Assembly: GCA_951406725.2 (NCBI GenBank)
Contig: OX597823.1
Location: 10,912,001-10,976,000 of the forward strand
Length of the DNA stretch: 64,000 nucleotides
Source: Octopus vulgaris
Taxonomy: Eukaryota
Reading direction: 5' to 3'
A model generated the notes under the pieces. It was not told the DNA's origin and ran no database searches. It was given only the letters and a program-made list of their open reading frames with translations. A program made the translations under genes and the position numbers. Shown piece by piece: positions 13,340 through 26,863 of this stretch; the stretch's first letter is position 1; each line of letters starts with the position of its first letter.

Positions 13340-13860
13340 TATATATGTGCGTGTATGTGTGTGTGAGTGCTAGCATGTATGTGTGTGTGTGAGTGCTAGC
13401 ATGTGTGTGTGTGTGTTTGTATGTGTGTGTGTTTGTGTGCCTGTGTGTGTGTGTGTGTGTGTGTGAGTGCATGCACGAGTGTGTCTGCGGGTGTGCGTGT
13501 GTGTCTGTGTGTATGTTTGTATGAGTGTGTGTGTGTTTGCGTGATAGTGTGTGTATTTGTGCGATTGTGTGTGTGTTTGTGTGACTGTGTGTGTTTGAGT
13601 GCATGCACGTTTGTATCTGTGTGTGTTTGTATGTGTCTGTGTTTGTGTGCCTGTGTGTGTGTGTGAGTGCATGCAGGTGTGTGTCTGCGTGTGTGCGTGT
13701 GTGTCTGTGTGTATGTTTGTCTGATTGTGTGTGTGTGTGTGTGAGTGTATGTCCGTGTGTGTCACTATGTGTATGTTTGAATGTGTGTGTGTGTGTGTGT
13801 GTTTGAGTGCATGCACGTGTGTGTCTGTGTGCGTGTTTGCATGAGTGTGTGTGTGTGTCT
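13340..13860. repeat. Complex (TG)n satellite with an internal ~200-bp duplication
   Basis: Marker gagtgcatgca recurs four times; block tgtttgtgtgcctgtgtg...gagtgcatgca...gtgtgcgtgtgtgtctgtgtgtatgtttgt occurs twice. Confidence 0.85.
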
Positions 13861-14145
13861 TAGCTACTCTAAATCGTTCAAAACCCACCAAAAGACACCA
13901 AAGAACATGAGGAGCATCACCAGTCCGATGTGTTGTGTGGAACGATTAAAACACATTCTTCATTTTGTTCTTAGTCAAATATCTAACTGGTTGGTTAGTC
14001 AACACATTTTAACTATTTAATCCATATATACTGAGTTTATTCTACACACAGTTCACTGTTTAACCTACGCATCTCACTGTTAAATGTACACATCGATGTA
14101 TTTTATTTACACAAGTTATTTAATTTCCAACTCCCTCTCACTCGC

Positions 14146-14900
14146 TATGTATGTATGTATGTATGTATGTATGTATGTATGTATGTATGTATGTATGTAT
14201 GTATGTATGTATGTATGTATGTGTGTGTGTGTGTTTATGTATGTATGTATGTTTGTATGTATGTATGTATGTATGTATGTATGTATGTATGTATGTATGT
14301 ATGTATGTATGTATGTATGTATGAATGTATGTATGAATGTATGTATGTATGTATGTATGTATGTATGTATGTATGCATGCATGCATGTATGTATGTATGT
14401 ATGTATGTATGTATGTATGTATGTATGTATGTATGTGTGTATGTATGTATGTATTTATGTCTGTATGTATGTGTGTATGTATGTGTGTATGTATGTATGT
14501 ATGTATGTATGTCTGTATGTATGTGTGTATGTATGTATGTATGTATGTATGCATGCATGCATGTATGTATGTATGTATGTATGTATGTATGTATGTATGT
14601 ATGTGTGTATGTATCTATGTATGTATGTATGTATGCATGCATGCATGTATGTATGTATGTATGTATGTATGTGTGTATGTATGTATGTATGCATGCATGC
14701 ATGTATGTATGTATGTGTGTATGTATGTATGTATGTATGTATGTATGTATGTATGTGTGTATGTATGTATGTATTTATGTATGTATGTATGTGTGTGTAT
14801 GTGTGTGTGTATGTGTGTGTGTATGTATGTATGTATGTATGTATGTATGTATGTACGTACGTACGTACGTACGTATGTATGTATGTATGTATGTATGTAT
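14146..14900. repeat. (ATGT)n microsatellite
   Basis: Seen directly; source of the MYVC ORFs. Confidence 0.97.
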
Positions 14901-14911
14901 TAATGTGTGTA

Positions 14912-15341
14912 TTGGTGAGGAGGGTTGAAAAACAAAACCCGTCAAAGGGTGGAGGAACTCTTGAGAGTCAACGGCCATCCAATAAATGCCTTAAGGCTGT
15001 ATCATGCGCGGGGACATAGAAATAATCGGACTGAATACCTGATCGCGCGGTTAAACCATTGGGAGTGAAGGACTCCTAGCCTTTGTTAGGGCATCCTTCT
15101 AGGAGAAGGTAACTCAGGAAACTGGGATAACTCCAACATAAAACCTGCGGCTCAGTGGTTACCGATGATGTTGACTTGTTCTTCTTTTCGGATTATGACT
15201 GCTGTTGCTTAGTGAGTGGGATTGACTCAGTGCACAGCCTTTCCTCACTTAAAAAAAATCTTCTTGCACAGGCATTGTACGATCACAACATTGATTAAGC
15301 TTCGTGCAATGGCCATACTCGATAACGAGGGGGCAGCCACC
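14912..15341 (+). mobile_element. Putative non-autonomous RTE-type retroelement inside (ATGT)n
   Basis: GC-richer non-coding 430 bp; gggcatccttctaggagaaggtaactc resembles an RTE 5' UTR motif; ends ctcgataacgagggggcagccacc then (ATGT)n; family call is by recall only. Confidence 0.5.
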
Positions 15342-15599
15342 ATGTATGTATCTATGTATGCATGTATGTATGTATGTATGTATGTATGTATGTATGTATG
15401 TATGTATGTATGTATGTATGTATGTATGTATATTCTTTTACTTTATCCGGCATTTGACTACAGCTATGCCGGAGCACCCCTTGTTAAATATAAACACACT
15501 CATACACATACACATGCATACATACATATTTACATAAATGTTTACATCCATACATATAAATGTATATATATGTTTATACTTTTATATATTTATATGAAT

Positions 15600-16013
<414 letters not shown>

Positions 16014-16289
16014 TCTGCTCATAAAATTGATGGAAATTATTTGAAAATCACCCGAGTAGGTAGAGAGAACAAGGGAGATCTGTTGACAACAACAACACCT
16101 AGAACTACAACAACAATGCTAATTACAGAGGTAACAACAACAACAATAATAACAACAGTCAACAATGACATGAAGCATAAGAATAATATAACAAAAACAA
16201 CGACTGCAAAAGACACAGTAAATTACCACTTCCACGATACGAACTATTAGTGCCAGCATAACCATCAACGTTTAAGAAAAATCAATACC

Positions 16290-16648
16290 AGCGCAGACGT
16301 GGCTGTGTGGTAAGAAGTTTGCTTCTCAACCACCTGGCTCTGGGTTCAGTCCCATTGCGTGGACAAGTGTCTTTCATTATAATCTCAGGCCGACCAAAGC
16401 CTTGTGAGTGGATTTGGTAGATGGAAACTGGAAGAAGCTTGCCGTGTATATGTGTGTGTGTGTGTGTGTTTGACAACCGGTGTGTTTACTTCTATGTAAC
16501 ATAGCAGTTCGACAAATGAGTGCAATAGAAAAATCACCATGCTTGAAAAAGAAATAAGACCTGGCGTCGATCCATTCGCGTGGCAGTTCTTCAAGGCTGT
16601 CGCCTAGCATGGCTGCAGTCCAATGACTGAAAGAAGTAAAGATTAAAA
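16290..16648 (+). mobile_element. Older OK-type SINE
   Basis: gtggctgtgtggtaagaag...ggccgaccaaagccttgtgagtggatttggtag...gcatggctgcagtccaatgactgaaa. Confidence 0.8.
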
Positions 16649-17388
16649 TATATCGCAAACATAAGCTACAGGGCGAGGAAGGTTTTATTTGGTCTTTTCT
16701 AACTGCCAGAAATTAAAGGAAATATTTGTAAATACTTAAATATACAGAGTCAACTAATACCGAAAATATGTTAGAAAAAAAACATGATTTTCACAACCAG
16801 AATGTCGATCGAAAGATGAAGTCGCGACAGAGAAATTTTCTTCACAGCATGTAGGAATGTAGTCAGAGAATAACAATATTTACAAATCTGCATGAAACGG
16901 ATTCCATATAGATGCGTTAGAAAGTCTGCAAGATACGTAAACATTACCGAATAACAACGTTTACATATACTCCAGAACAACAGAGGATTTTATAGGGAAA
17001 ATTACGCTAGTAACACCAATACTGAAACTGTTATCTTTGTTCCATTGACAGAGGGCTGCACAGAATATGTATATATTTAAGAATAAACATACAATTCATC
17101 CACAGTGTTTACAACACACACCAGTGACATTCTTAAAGTAGTCACAGGAATCATTTTTTGCCGACAGCAATTCTGTTTAAACAGCAATTCTGTATAAACG
17201 ACACTTTTGATTCGTCGCAGAATATATGAGGTTCGACTTGCACCCCAGCAGATTCTCTACAACAAACCACAATAAAGTACAAACCAAACAAAACAGTGCA
17301 GTATGCATTATAACACGTTGTACACGGACAATATGCGCAGACTACCGACGTAATAAAGGAAGAAAGTACTAAATACGAAAATGCATCT

Positions 17389-17804
17389 TATTTATTTACT
17401 GCTCACAAGGGGCTACACCCAGAGGGGAAAAACAAGGACAGACAAATGGATTAAGTCGAATATATCGATCCCAGTGCATAACTGGTAATTATTTAATCGA
17501 CCCCGAAAGGACGAAAGGCAAAGTCGCCCTCGGCGGAATTTGAACTCAGAACGTAGCGGCAGACGAAATACCTAATTCTTTACAACCCACAAGGGGCTAA
17601 ACACAGAGAGGACAAACAAGGACAGACATAGGTATTAAGTCGATTACATCGACCCCAGTGCGTAACTGGTGCTTAATTTATCGACCCCGAAAGGATGAAA
17701 GGCAAAGTCAACCTCGGCGGTATTTTGAACTCAGAACGTAACGGCAGACGACATAGGGCTACGCATTTCGCCCGGCATCCTAACGATTCTGCCAGCTCGC
17801 CGCC
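17389..17804 (-). mobile_element. Nin-domain SINE dimer (one head, two bodies of different subtype)
   Basis: ggcggcgagctggcagaa head; gcctttcatcctttcggggtcga domain twice; junction tail-ggtatttcgtctg. Confidence 0.88.
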
Positions 17805-17940
17805 AATATGATGATGCATCTATCGTTCGGTGGGCACCTTCCACACAACCGTTGAAGCAGCTAGAATTTGAAAACAAATCTCCTTCACTCCTTAGTATCT
17901 TGACATTGTGTGAGATTGTATGTGTATGTGTGTGTGTGTA

Positions 17941-17992
<52 letters not shown>

Positions 17993-18043
17993 TGTGTATG
18001 TTTTGTGTTTGTTTGTGTGTTTGTGTTTGTTTGTTTGTTTGTT

Positions 18044-18092
<49 letters not shown>

Positions 18093-18457
18093 TGCATTCT
18101 CCCGTCGGAAACGACATATTGAGTGTTTAGTTTTTTCCCCGAACGACCTGCACAAATGATTTTTGTTATAGTAATCAAATCTGCGTGCTGCGCATTAGTT
18201 CCCACCCAATTTTAAATCGACGTTGCTTGAGTAAGTGCACGGCGAGCCACGAGTCAAGTGTCGACGTGATCGCAGAGCAGCGAGAGATGAAGTGTTTTGC
18301 TTAAGAACACAACGCACTACTCAGTCTAGGACTTGAAACCACGATCTCCCTAACGACTACGCCATGTGTCCTTAAATATATATATATATATATGTGTGTA
18401 TATTTTAAAATTATAAGTATATGAAAGAATGGAGTTGAACGACTAGTTAACAAATAT

Positions 18458-18552
18458 CCTTTATTCTCGACATATGTTTCGAAGGCTGCATATTCCTAAT
18501 TCCGAAGGAATAAGGAGTACATTATGCAGATTTCTCATCAGGAAAATCAAGG
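18458..18552 (-). ncRNA. Type I hammerhead ribozyme motif with complete core
   Basis: - strand: stem I CCUUGAUUUUC/GAGAAUAAAGG; CUGAUGA (18541-18535); 54-nt stem II; GAAA; palindromic ACAUAUGU stem III; GUC cleavage triplet (18471-18469). Confidence 0.8.
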
Positions 18553-18672
18553 AACTTATGTCGACATCAAAATGCACAAAAAACTTTTAGCTGACCGCTC
18601 TCAAGGAGCCCATGGCGATAAAGTGTGTGTATATATGTATATATGTATACAGTGTACATATGTATATATGTA

Positions 18673-18775
18673 TACAGTGTACATTTAAACACATAAGGGG
18701 TATCTACCATAGGATTCCTTTCACGCTAAGGAATCCTATGATGGATACCTCTTATGTGTTTAAATGTACACTGTA
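18673..18775. repeat. Hairpin, 48-bp arms, 7-nt loop, 3 mismatches
   Basis: tacagtgtacatttaaacacataag...ataggattcctt-tcacgct-aaggaatcctat...cttatgtgtttaaatgtacactgta. Confidence 0.92.
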
Positions 18776-18939
18776 CTTATATGAATAATATATAGTCTAT
18801 TGACTAAATTTTCTACACCCTAGGCCACAGGTAGTAAACATTTCTAAAATCATTATTACCCTGATATTATTAATTATATATATATGTGTGTGTGTGTGTG
18901 TATGTATGTACGTATATGTTTGTATATATAGAGAAAGTT

Positions 18940-19125
18940 TACGAAAAAAAAACAAAAGACGAAGACATGTGGTGTGCAAAACAAACAGATGTATTAGTAT
19001 AGCGCTCAGGAATAGAAAAAGGTCTTTTACATTTCGAGCCTACGCTCTTCTACAGAAAGGGACACAGAAAAAACAAGGAGAGAAACAAGGAGAGAGAAAA
19101 AATGTGTGTAGTGGCTAACGATCTA
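18940..19125 (-). mobile_element. Non-coding cassette with minimal hammerhead-like motif (family A)
   Basis: - strand CUUU-CUGUAGA-A-GAGC-GUAG-GCUC-GAAAUGUA-AAAG at 19059-19024. Confidence 0.7.
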
Positions 19126-19657
19126 TCATGGCGTGTGTATGTGTGTGTCTCTGTGCGTATTTGTTTGTTTACACGTATGCATATGTGTACGTATACACAC
19201 ACACATACACACATGCGCACGCGCACACCCACTCACTCACTGAAAAATTCAATTCTGAAAACAATATACTCTAAAGAAAAAGGAGATAAACCATAAAATA
19301 CTGACATTAAAAAACACAGCACTTGTGCTTTAGGTGTCCTTATAGAGTGCACAATGATGTAAATATTGTGACAATGTCCTCCATCTTGAGATACATTCCA
19401 CCCTGCCACATCTAATCTCAGAGATTCTGAAAAATGTCAGGCATACTGTTTTTCTTTCTGTAAGTCATGTGAAAGGCGAAAACGAAAAATAAACACTGAA
19501 CAGAGAAAAATATTTGAATACCACGACTTCGCTCAAACCCTGTAATAAAAAAAAGACTTCAAAAATGGCGGCATCATAAAGTCTCACACACAGACATTTC
19601 GAAATAAAAAAAACTGAACCAACTTATGACCCCGGTACTTATCTATCTATATATCTG

Positions 19658-19698
<41 letters not shown>

Positions 19699-19721
19699 TC
19701 TCTTTAATATATATATATATT

Positions 19722-19874
19722 TCTTTTATTATTTTACTAGTTTCAATCATTTGACTGCAGCCATCGACCCTAGGACTTTTTCTTTGTAAGCCTGGTACTT
19801 ATTCTATCGGTGTCATTTGCCGAACCGCTAAGTTACAGAGAAGCAGACAACAAACATAGAGACAAAGACACACA

Positions 19875-19923
<49 letters not shown>

Positions 19924-20088
19924 GCGACAGGCTTCTTTTCAGTTTCCGTCTACCAAATCCACTCACAAAGCTTTGATCGGCCCAAGACTATAGCAGAAGA
20001 CACTTGCCCAAGGTGCCACGCAGTGGGACTGAACCCGGGACCATGTGGTTGGGAAGCAAGCTTCTTACCACACGGCCATGTATGCGCC
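19722..20088 (-). mobile_element. OK-type SINE with internal deletions
   Basis: Reverse complement of OK head and body. Confidence 0.85.
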
Positions 20089-20089
20089 A

Positions 20090-20137
<48 letters not shown>

Positions 20138-21078
20138 ATACATATACATACAAGACAAGGCATAACTAGTGGCCATTACGTATTTATTGTAGTAAATTTG
20201 ACTTATAGTCAAATTTACTACAATTAAGAATTATGTAATACCCTTTATTAATGCCCTCTTTTGTATATCACTCAGTGTGAAAACCTATATAACTGGAACG
20301 CAGCCATGGATTTGCAATATATAAGGCAGACTGGCACAACTATACGCGTAGTTCTTTGCTTACCTAAACAATATTGTTAGCCTGGTGTATACAGTATTTT
20401 GCCCGGGTTGATAAATCCTCACTAATAGCTCTGTTTATATATACGTGAGAGTGTGAGTGAATGTGTGTGCGTGCGTATGTGTGTGTTTGTTTGTGTGTAA
20501 TGAATACAGTATAAAGATACGTGACACCAATAGTATTCTGATGTGACGGCATGTTTCAAGGAGGCACGTTTTTTATAACACGCCTTCTGTCTCCAAGTAA
20601 TCTCCTGGCTCTGAGCACATGGGGTTTTCTGTTTGAAAATTTGCACACTAGTATATAAGAAATCACGAGAGAAAAAACACGGGAAAGTTGTTGCAAAACG
20701 TGGAACGGTGAATAAAACCTTAAAAAGAAGAGAAAAAAAGTAACTGGAACTTAAGTTCTGTTTGACTTTTAAAAGCCATAATTAAACTAGTTATTTTAGA
20801 ATAATTTAACGATGAGGGGTCCAAAGACTGCAAGAAGCTACTCAGTTCGAAAAGGATGGAGTCTTCCAGTTCGTCAGGGGAAATTTGTCCATATCCTTAC
20901 ATCTGCTGAAAATTTCGGATCTGCTGTCAGAAGGCTTGTTATAAAAACTTGTCTAGACACGTGTCTACACAACTGAAAACTATTAGTAACTCGTGTCATT
21001 ATACAGTGTTCATTAAATGAAATTTATTTCTCACTAGAGGCAGTAGCTTTTTTATTGATCTTATTTTAACGGAACAGT

Positions 21079-21128
<50 letters not shown>

Positions 21129-21718
21129 TCTCTCTTTGTATGTATATGTGTATGTGTGTTTGTATGCATATATGTATATATATATGAATATATAGAACAA
21201 GTAGAAAGATAAATTTTATTCAACGCGTGGATACTGAATTATTTCTAAGCAGAAAAATTTCTCGGCAGCCACTCATATATATATTTGCATGTATGTATAC
21301 ATATACATATGTATATGCATGTGTGTGTGTGTGTGTGTGTGTATTCGTCTATGTGTGTGTGAAATTATTAAAAAATCGCCATTCTCTGCGTGTAAAAATC
21401 CTAGTGCCTACAATCTGAACCTGCTACAATATTACACTAATGTCCTAGATCAGTCTTTCCTGTAAGGGTGAGTGACATTGACAGAATTGAAAAGTTGATC
21501 AACAAATTACCAATTTTGATAGAATTAAGATGGCTTTAGAGCCTTTAAATTTGTCTAACACAATGGCGAAGAAAAGGAGTTAGATGGAGGCAAAATATAT
21601 TTTGTTTTCTAAAAGATAACACGTGGAGGAGCAAAGAAATATTCACTTATATTTTATGGTTGGGCTTCTGTTTGTTAGTTTGAGAGCCAATGTCCTGGAT
21701 CACATTTCTTACATTAAA

Positions 21719-22100
21719 GGAAGCACTCCGTCGGTTACGACGACGAGGGTTCCGCTTGATCCGAATCAACGGAACAGCCTGCTCGTGAAATTAACGTGTA
21801 AGTGGATGAGCACTCCACAGACACGTGTACCCTTAACGTAGTTCTCGGGGATATTCAGCCTGACACAGAGAGTGACAAGGCCGGCCCTTTGAAATACAGG
21901 TACAACAGAAACAGGAAGTAAGAGTGAGAGAAAGTTGTGGTGAAAGAGTACAGCAGGGATCACCACCATCCCCTGCCGGAGCCTCGTGGAGCTTTAGGTG
22001 CTTTCGCTCAATAAACACTCACAACGCCCGGTCTGGGAATCGAAACCGCGATCCTATGACCGCGAGTCCGCTGCCCTAACCACTGGGCCATTGCGCCTCC
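21719..22100 (-). mobile_element. OR-type tRNA-derived SINE, long variant
   Basis: Head ggaggcgcaaTGGCCCAGTGG...GGTTTCGATTCC (A/B boxes); TSD tcttacat(t/g)aa; near-identical to 25461 and 28746. Confidence 0.92.
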
Positions 22101-22233
22101 TCTTACATGAAGAACCTTCATTAACAGAAACAATGTTTACAGGGTAAATATTCTTCATATTTCGCACTAGCATCTTCAAACAGGAAACAACAATTTACAG
22201 AGTATAGTCCTACATACGCTAAAAGCATGAGAT

Positions 22234-22656
22234 ACTCTTTACTCTTTTACTCTTTTACTTGTTTCAGTCATTTGACTGCGGCCATGCTGGAGCACCGCCT
22301 TTAGTCGAGCAAATCGACCCCGGGACTTATTCTTTGTAAGCCCAGTACTTATTCTATCGGTCTCTTTTGCCGAACCGCTAAGTGACGGGGACGTAAACAC
22401 GCCAGCATCGGTTGTCAAGCAATGCTAGGGGGGACAAACACACACACACACAAACACACACACACACGCACATACATATATATATATATATACGTATATA
22501 CGACAGGCTTCTTTCAGTTTCCGTCTACCAAATCCACTCACAAGGCTTTGGTCGGCTCGAGGCTATAGCAGAAGACACTTGCCCAAGGTGCCACGCAGTG
22601 GGACTGAACCCGGAACCATGTGGTTGGTAGACAGGCTACTTACCACACAGCCACTC
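22234..22656 (-). mobile_element. OK-type SINE, young copy
   Basis: Very close to the 37431 copy; (tactcttt)n tail. Confidence 0.92.
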
Positions 22657-23502
22657 AGGTCTGCTCGATCATGGATGATCTGGGTTAAATAGCGAGGAAA
22701 ATCGCAGCCAAATATTTATAAGTCTTATCCAGATATCGGTTCAGATATTGGTTTCTCCTGCCCAAATCTACTAACCACAACCATAAGACAAACAAACCTC
22801 TTACTTTCCTCCGACTGCTTGAACACTCCTAACACAAAAGATTGTCACATTAATGACTAAAATGAGCCAGTCAAAACCCCGGTGGAACAATTTTCAGTAT
22901 GGAACTAGATTGGGGTTCGTAAAATTCAGCAATAGTGCAATCAGCTTAAGCATAGATGCTCTCGTACATATACATTCAGCAATATAATTGAAAGAACTTC
23001 CATAAAATGCATCCTAAAAGGAAGCATAATATGTAACATTAAATACGCAGGGGATTAGCAAGCCTAATAAAAACAAGGAAGAACCTTAAAACAATGCAGG
23101 ACTATCACACACAGCAGAAATAAAACTCACATGAAACAACTTGTTTCGCATGAAACAAGGATATAATAAAGAAAAAACTCGAAATAAAAGTATCGAAATG
23201 AACCTTTGCATCCAACATGAACTGCAAACAGTAGAGCCCAGTACAAAATAACTAGTAGCATCAACAGCTCGAAAATATCACCTCACAATAACTGTTTGCT
23301 GCAAAGCAACCACACGATAGTAGCAAAAATCTCGCTTCTCAAATACTGTTCCTAAATTTGCCGCACAATAAAAAAAGAACGTGCACACTCAAGCGCGCAC
23401 GCACACTCAAGCGCGCACGCACAAGACAAAAGCGATAAAACAAAGCTGAAAATACTCACATTCCATCGAGATCGGTGATATTCAAACTGCAGCAACCCAC
23501 AA

Positions 23503-23972
23503 GGCGGCGAGCTGGCAGAACCGTTAGCACGCCGGGCGAAATGCGTAGCCGTATTTCGTCTGCCGTTACGTTCTGAGTTCAAATTCCGCCGAGGTCGACT
23601 CTGCCTTTCATCCTTTCGGGGTCGATAAATTAAGTACCTATTTCTTTATTACCCACAAGGGGCTAAACACAGAGGGGACAAACAAGGACAGACATAGGTA
23701 TTAAGTCGATTACATCGACCCCAGTGCGTAACTGGTACTTAAATTATCGACCCCGAAAGGATGAAAGGCAAAGTCGACCTCGGCGGAATTTGAACTCACA
23801 ACGTAACGCAGACGAGATACCGCTAAGCATTTCGCCCGGCGTGCTAACGTTTCTGCCAACTCGCCGCCTTAAGTACCAGTTACGCACTGGGGTCGATGCA
23901 ATCGACTTAATCTGTTTGTCTGTCCTTGTTTGTCCCCTCTATGTGTAGCCCCTTGTGGGTAATAAAGAAACA
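23503..23972 (+). mobile_element. Nin-domain SINE carrying a full-length antisense copy of itself (23639-23868)
   Basis: Outer TSD gatattcaaactg(c/t)agcaaccc at 23477-23498 and 23973-23994; inner TSD ttaagtacc at 23630-23638 and 23869-23877. Confidence 0.92.
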
Positions 23973-24869
23973 GATATTCAAACTGTAGCAACCCCCACCA
24001 AAAATATTAGTGAAAATTTTTACCATATACATGCACACATGGAGTTTCATACGTCTTTACGTTCTGAGTTCAAATCCCGGCGAGGTCGACTTTACATTTC
24101 ATTCTTTTAGGGTCGATAAAATAAGCACTATTTGTACATTGAGATCGATTTACCACCGAAATTTCTGGCTTTATGCCAAAGTAGGAAACTAATATTTATG
24201 CCAACCCTTTGCTAATTTCCTTTACATCCTTTCGGGGTGAATAATAAATTATTAATACTTCAGATGAATCTGTTTGTGCGTCAGTCCTGGTGCTTTGCAG
24301 TACATGTTCGGATGACAAATGTGTTCAGGTGACAAATTCAAGCGGCCCTTTCATTTTCTTTGGAAAATCAGTGGCAACAAAAAGAAAGAATTGCATTGTT
24401 GAGCAATTAAAAAATATATTGCTCAAAGCTGCACCTTAGAGAGGTACTTTCCATGTGCAGAACCTTAGTTATTTGTAACAGACGGTAGACTTAGATCCTC
24501 TAACATACTGAAGCACCGTCAAGGATGTCTTTACATTCGAATCTGTGATGTTAACCCAGTTATCGGGATCAACAAAATCGGTACCAGTCAAATTTGCTGT
24601 GCCCCTCAATAAATGTGTGATGTTGTGGATAAATTAAAATATATTATTAATTAAAGACCCATATAAAACATCCCCTGGCATCGGGTTACAATGCTTTTAT
24701 GTTCTGAAGTGAAATTTCACTCACATTCACTTCGTCTTTCGTCCCTTCCAACATCAATGAAAATAGAAGGTATCGATTCGATCGATTGATGCTCTTCCTC
24801 GAAATTTCGTGTCCTTGTGCTGATGTTGGAAATTCTGATTCATTATTATTAGCTGCAAGGCACAAAAAC

Positions 24870-26045
24870 TTCTATGCGGTCACTTGATTCACTAGAAATA
24901 AGAATGAAATTCTCTCAAATTACTTCCTCCTATCACGAAAAAAAGAAACAATGTTCAGTGTAGTCCGTGATAATCAGGACTGACATGGAACTAAACATCA
25001 TCAATAAACATATTTCATGAGACATGGAAGAGCTTCTAGGTGGTCACCCAATCTGCTAAGAATAGCGATAAAATTACCCTCAACTCTCACATTCTAATGT
25101 AAAACAAAAGGACGTATTGGAAAATGTAACCCATGCGATACAACATCTGAAAATAAAACGTGATGGGCAAAAAGGGAGAGCCGTTGATCATTTATCAAGG
25201 ATAATATGAAACTAAACAATAACATTTCAGGAGAAATGGTAAAGCTTTCTGATAAGAAGAAGATGTGGCTACTATTTTTTGCAGGTCGAATAAACACGTA
25301 GGAAAATCTCAAGCTGGTTGAGTGTTCATCTGTTTTATGTTTCGTGTTCCAGAGGTCAAAATATTAAACACTATTCTGACGATGCTCTCGATTTAATCAA
25401 AATGTCTAACTTCCAACCAGTGATTTGTACTCCTACTTGTTCGTTAGATCTGCAAGAAATGAATGGAAGCACTCCGTCGGTTACGACGACGAGGGTTCCG
25501 CTTGATCCGAATCAACGGAACAGCCTGCTCGTGAAATTAACGTGTAAGTGGCTGAGCACTCCACAGACACGTGTACCCTTAACGTAGTTCTCGGGGATAT
25601 TCAGCGTGACACAGAGAGTGACAAGGCCGGCCCTTTGAAATACAGGTACAACAGAAACAGGAAGTAAGAGTGAGAGAAAGTTGTGGTGAAAGAGTACAGC
25701 AGGGATCACCACCATCCCCTGCCGGAGCCTCGTGGAGCTTTAGGTGTTTTCGCTCAATAAACACTCACAACGCCCGGTCTGGGAATCGAAACCGTGATCC
25801 TATGACCGAGAGTCCGCTGCCCTAACTACTGGGCCATTGCGCCTCCACTTCTGCAAGAAATAGCAACCATGTTACTCAACTATTACCCCTTGCTAAAAGA
25901 AAGAACATATTGGATAATGTTGTCCTTGTTTAGACTATGTTTAATAAGAGAGAGAGGGGGAGAGAGAGAGAGAGAGAATTGTTACCAGTTATTACTGCGA
26001 CATCCTTGGATCACAGCTAACGTGGTTAAACAAAGGCAATAACAA
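24870..26045 (+). repeat. Cluster of old degenerate copies of a dispersed repeat (ggtca..cgac.tgctagaaatagca family)
   Basis: Related motif at about 24876, 25039, 25445/25850, and also 12150, 28265, 43960 and 56240; highly diverged, boundaries approximate. Confidence 0.5.
25461..25849 (-). mobile_element. OR-type SINE, long variant
   Basis: TSD tctgcaagaaat at 25449-25460 and 25850-25861. Confidence 0.92.
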
Positions 26046-26087
26046 TTTGTGACATTACGGCAAAGTTAGAAATAATTATTACCATAA

Positions 26088-26292
26088 ATCATCATCATCA
26101 TCATCATCATCGTCGTCATCATCATCGTCATCATCATCATCATCATCGTCATCATCATCATCATCAAACATCATCATCATCATCATCATCATCATTATCA
26201 TCATCATCATCATCGTCATCATCATCATCATCAAACATCATCATCATCATCATTATCATTATCATCATCATCATCAACATCCTTATCGTCAT
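26088..26292. repeat. (CAT)n microsatellite
   Basis: Seen directly. Confidence 0.95.
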
Positions 26293-26514
26293 AAAGTTTG
26301 GCTTGTTAATGATTGCTGCTGGAAAGAGAATTAAAAAATTATTGAAATAAATAAGATGTTAATTAATTTAAATTAAAAAGACATGGCAAAATAGAAGACT
26401 AGATTTTGGACAAGACATCAATTGAATGTATTGAGCAGGTGTTGATTGTCAAGAACTATTTAAACTGAGTGCCTTAAAATTGGGCGAAATTAAATTGAAT
26501 AAAACGGTGATGAT

Positions 26515-26700
26515 AATAATAATCCTTTCTACTATAGGCACAAGGTCTGAAAGTTTTAGGGAGTGGGGCTAGTCGATTACATAGACCCCCCACTGCTAAA
26601 CGGGTACATATTTTATTGACTTCGAAAGGGGAAAGCAAAGTCAACCTCAGCAGAATTTGCTCGGAACAAAAAAGACGGGGGAAAATGCCAGTGAGCATGA
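26515..26700 (-). mobile_element. Old Nin-domain SINE with the older tail type
   Basis: taatcctttctactataggcacaagg tail; agtcgattacat; aaagtcaacctcagcagaatttg. Confidence 0.7.
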
Positions 26701-26863
26701 GAGACGTTGTAAGCGTAAGTAACGTAAAAGGGAAAAAGAACTCAACTAAATTCTGAAAACATTTTATACGACGTTCTGTCACTTGTACCCTATCAAGCTC
26801 ACACATTTATACATCTATGATTTTATATAAAAATTAAGCAGTTTCAAAATAAATATTTAAATA

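Noticed and set aside
14084-15019. 311-aa ORF and other MYVC/YI/HT/CV-repeat ORFs across the window
   Set aside because: Microsatellite translations with no domain content.
22020-22100. tRNA genes (also about 29050-29133 and 32343-32415)
   Set aside because: A/B boxes are present, but they are SINE heads continuous with body, tail and TSD; no full cloverleaf seen.
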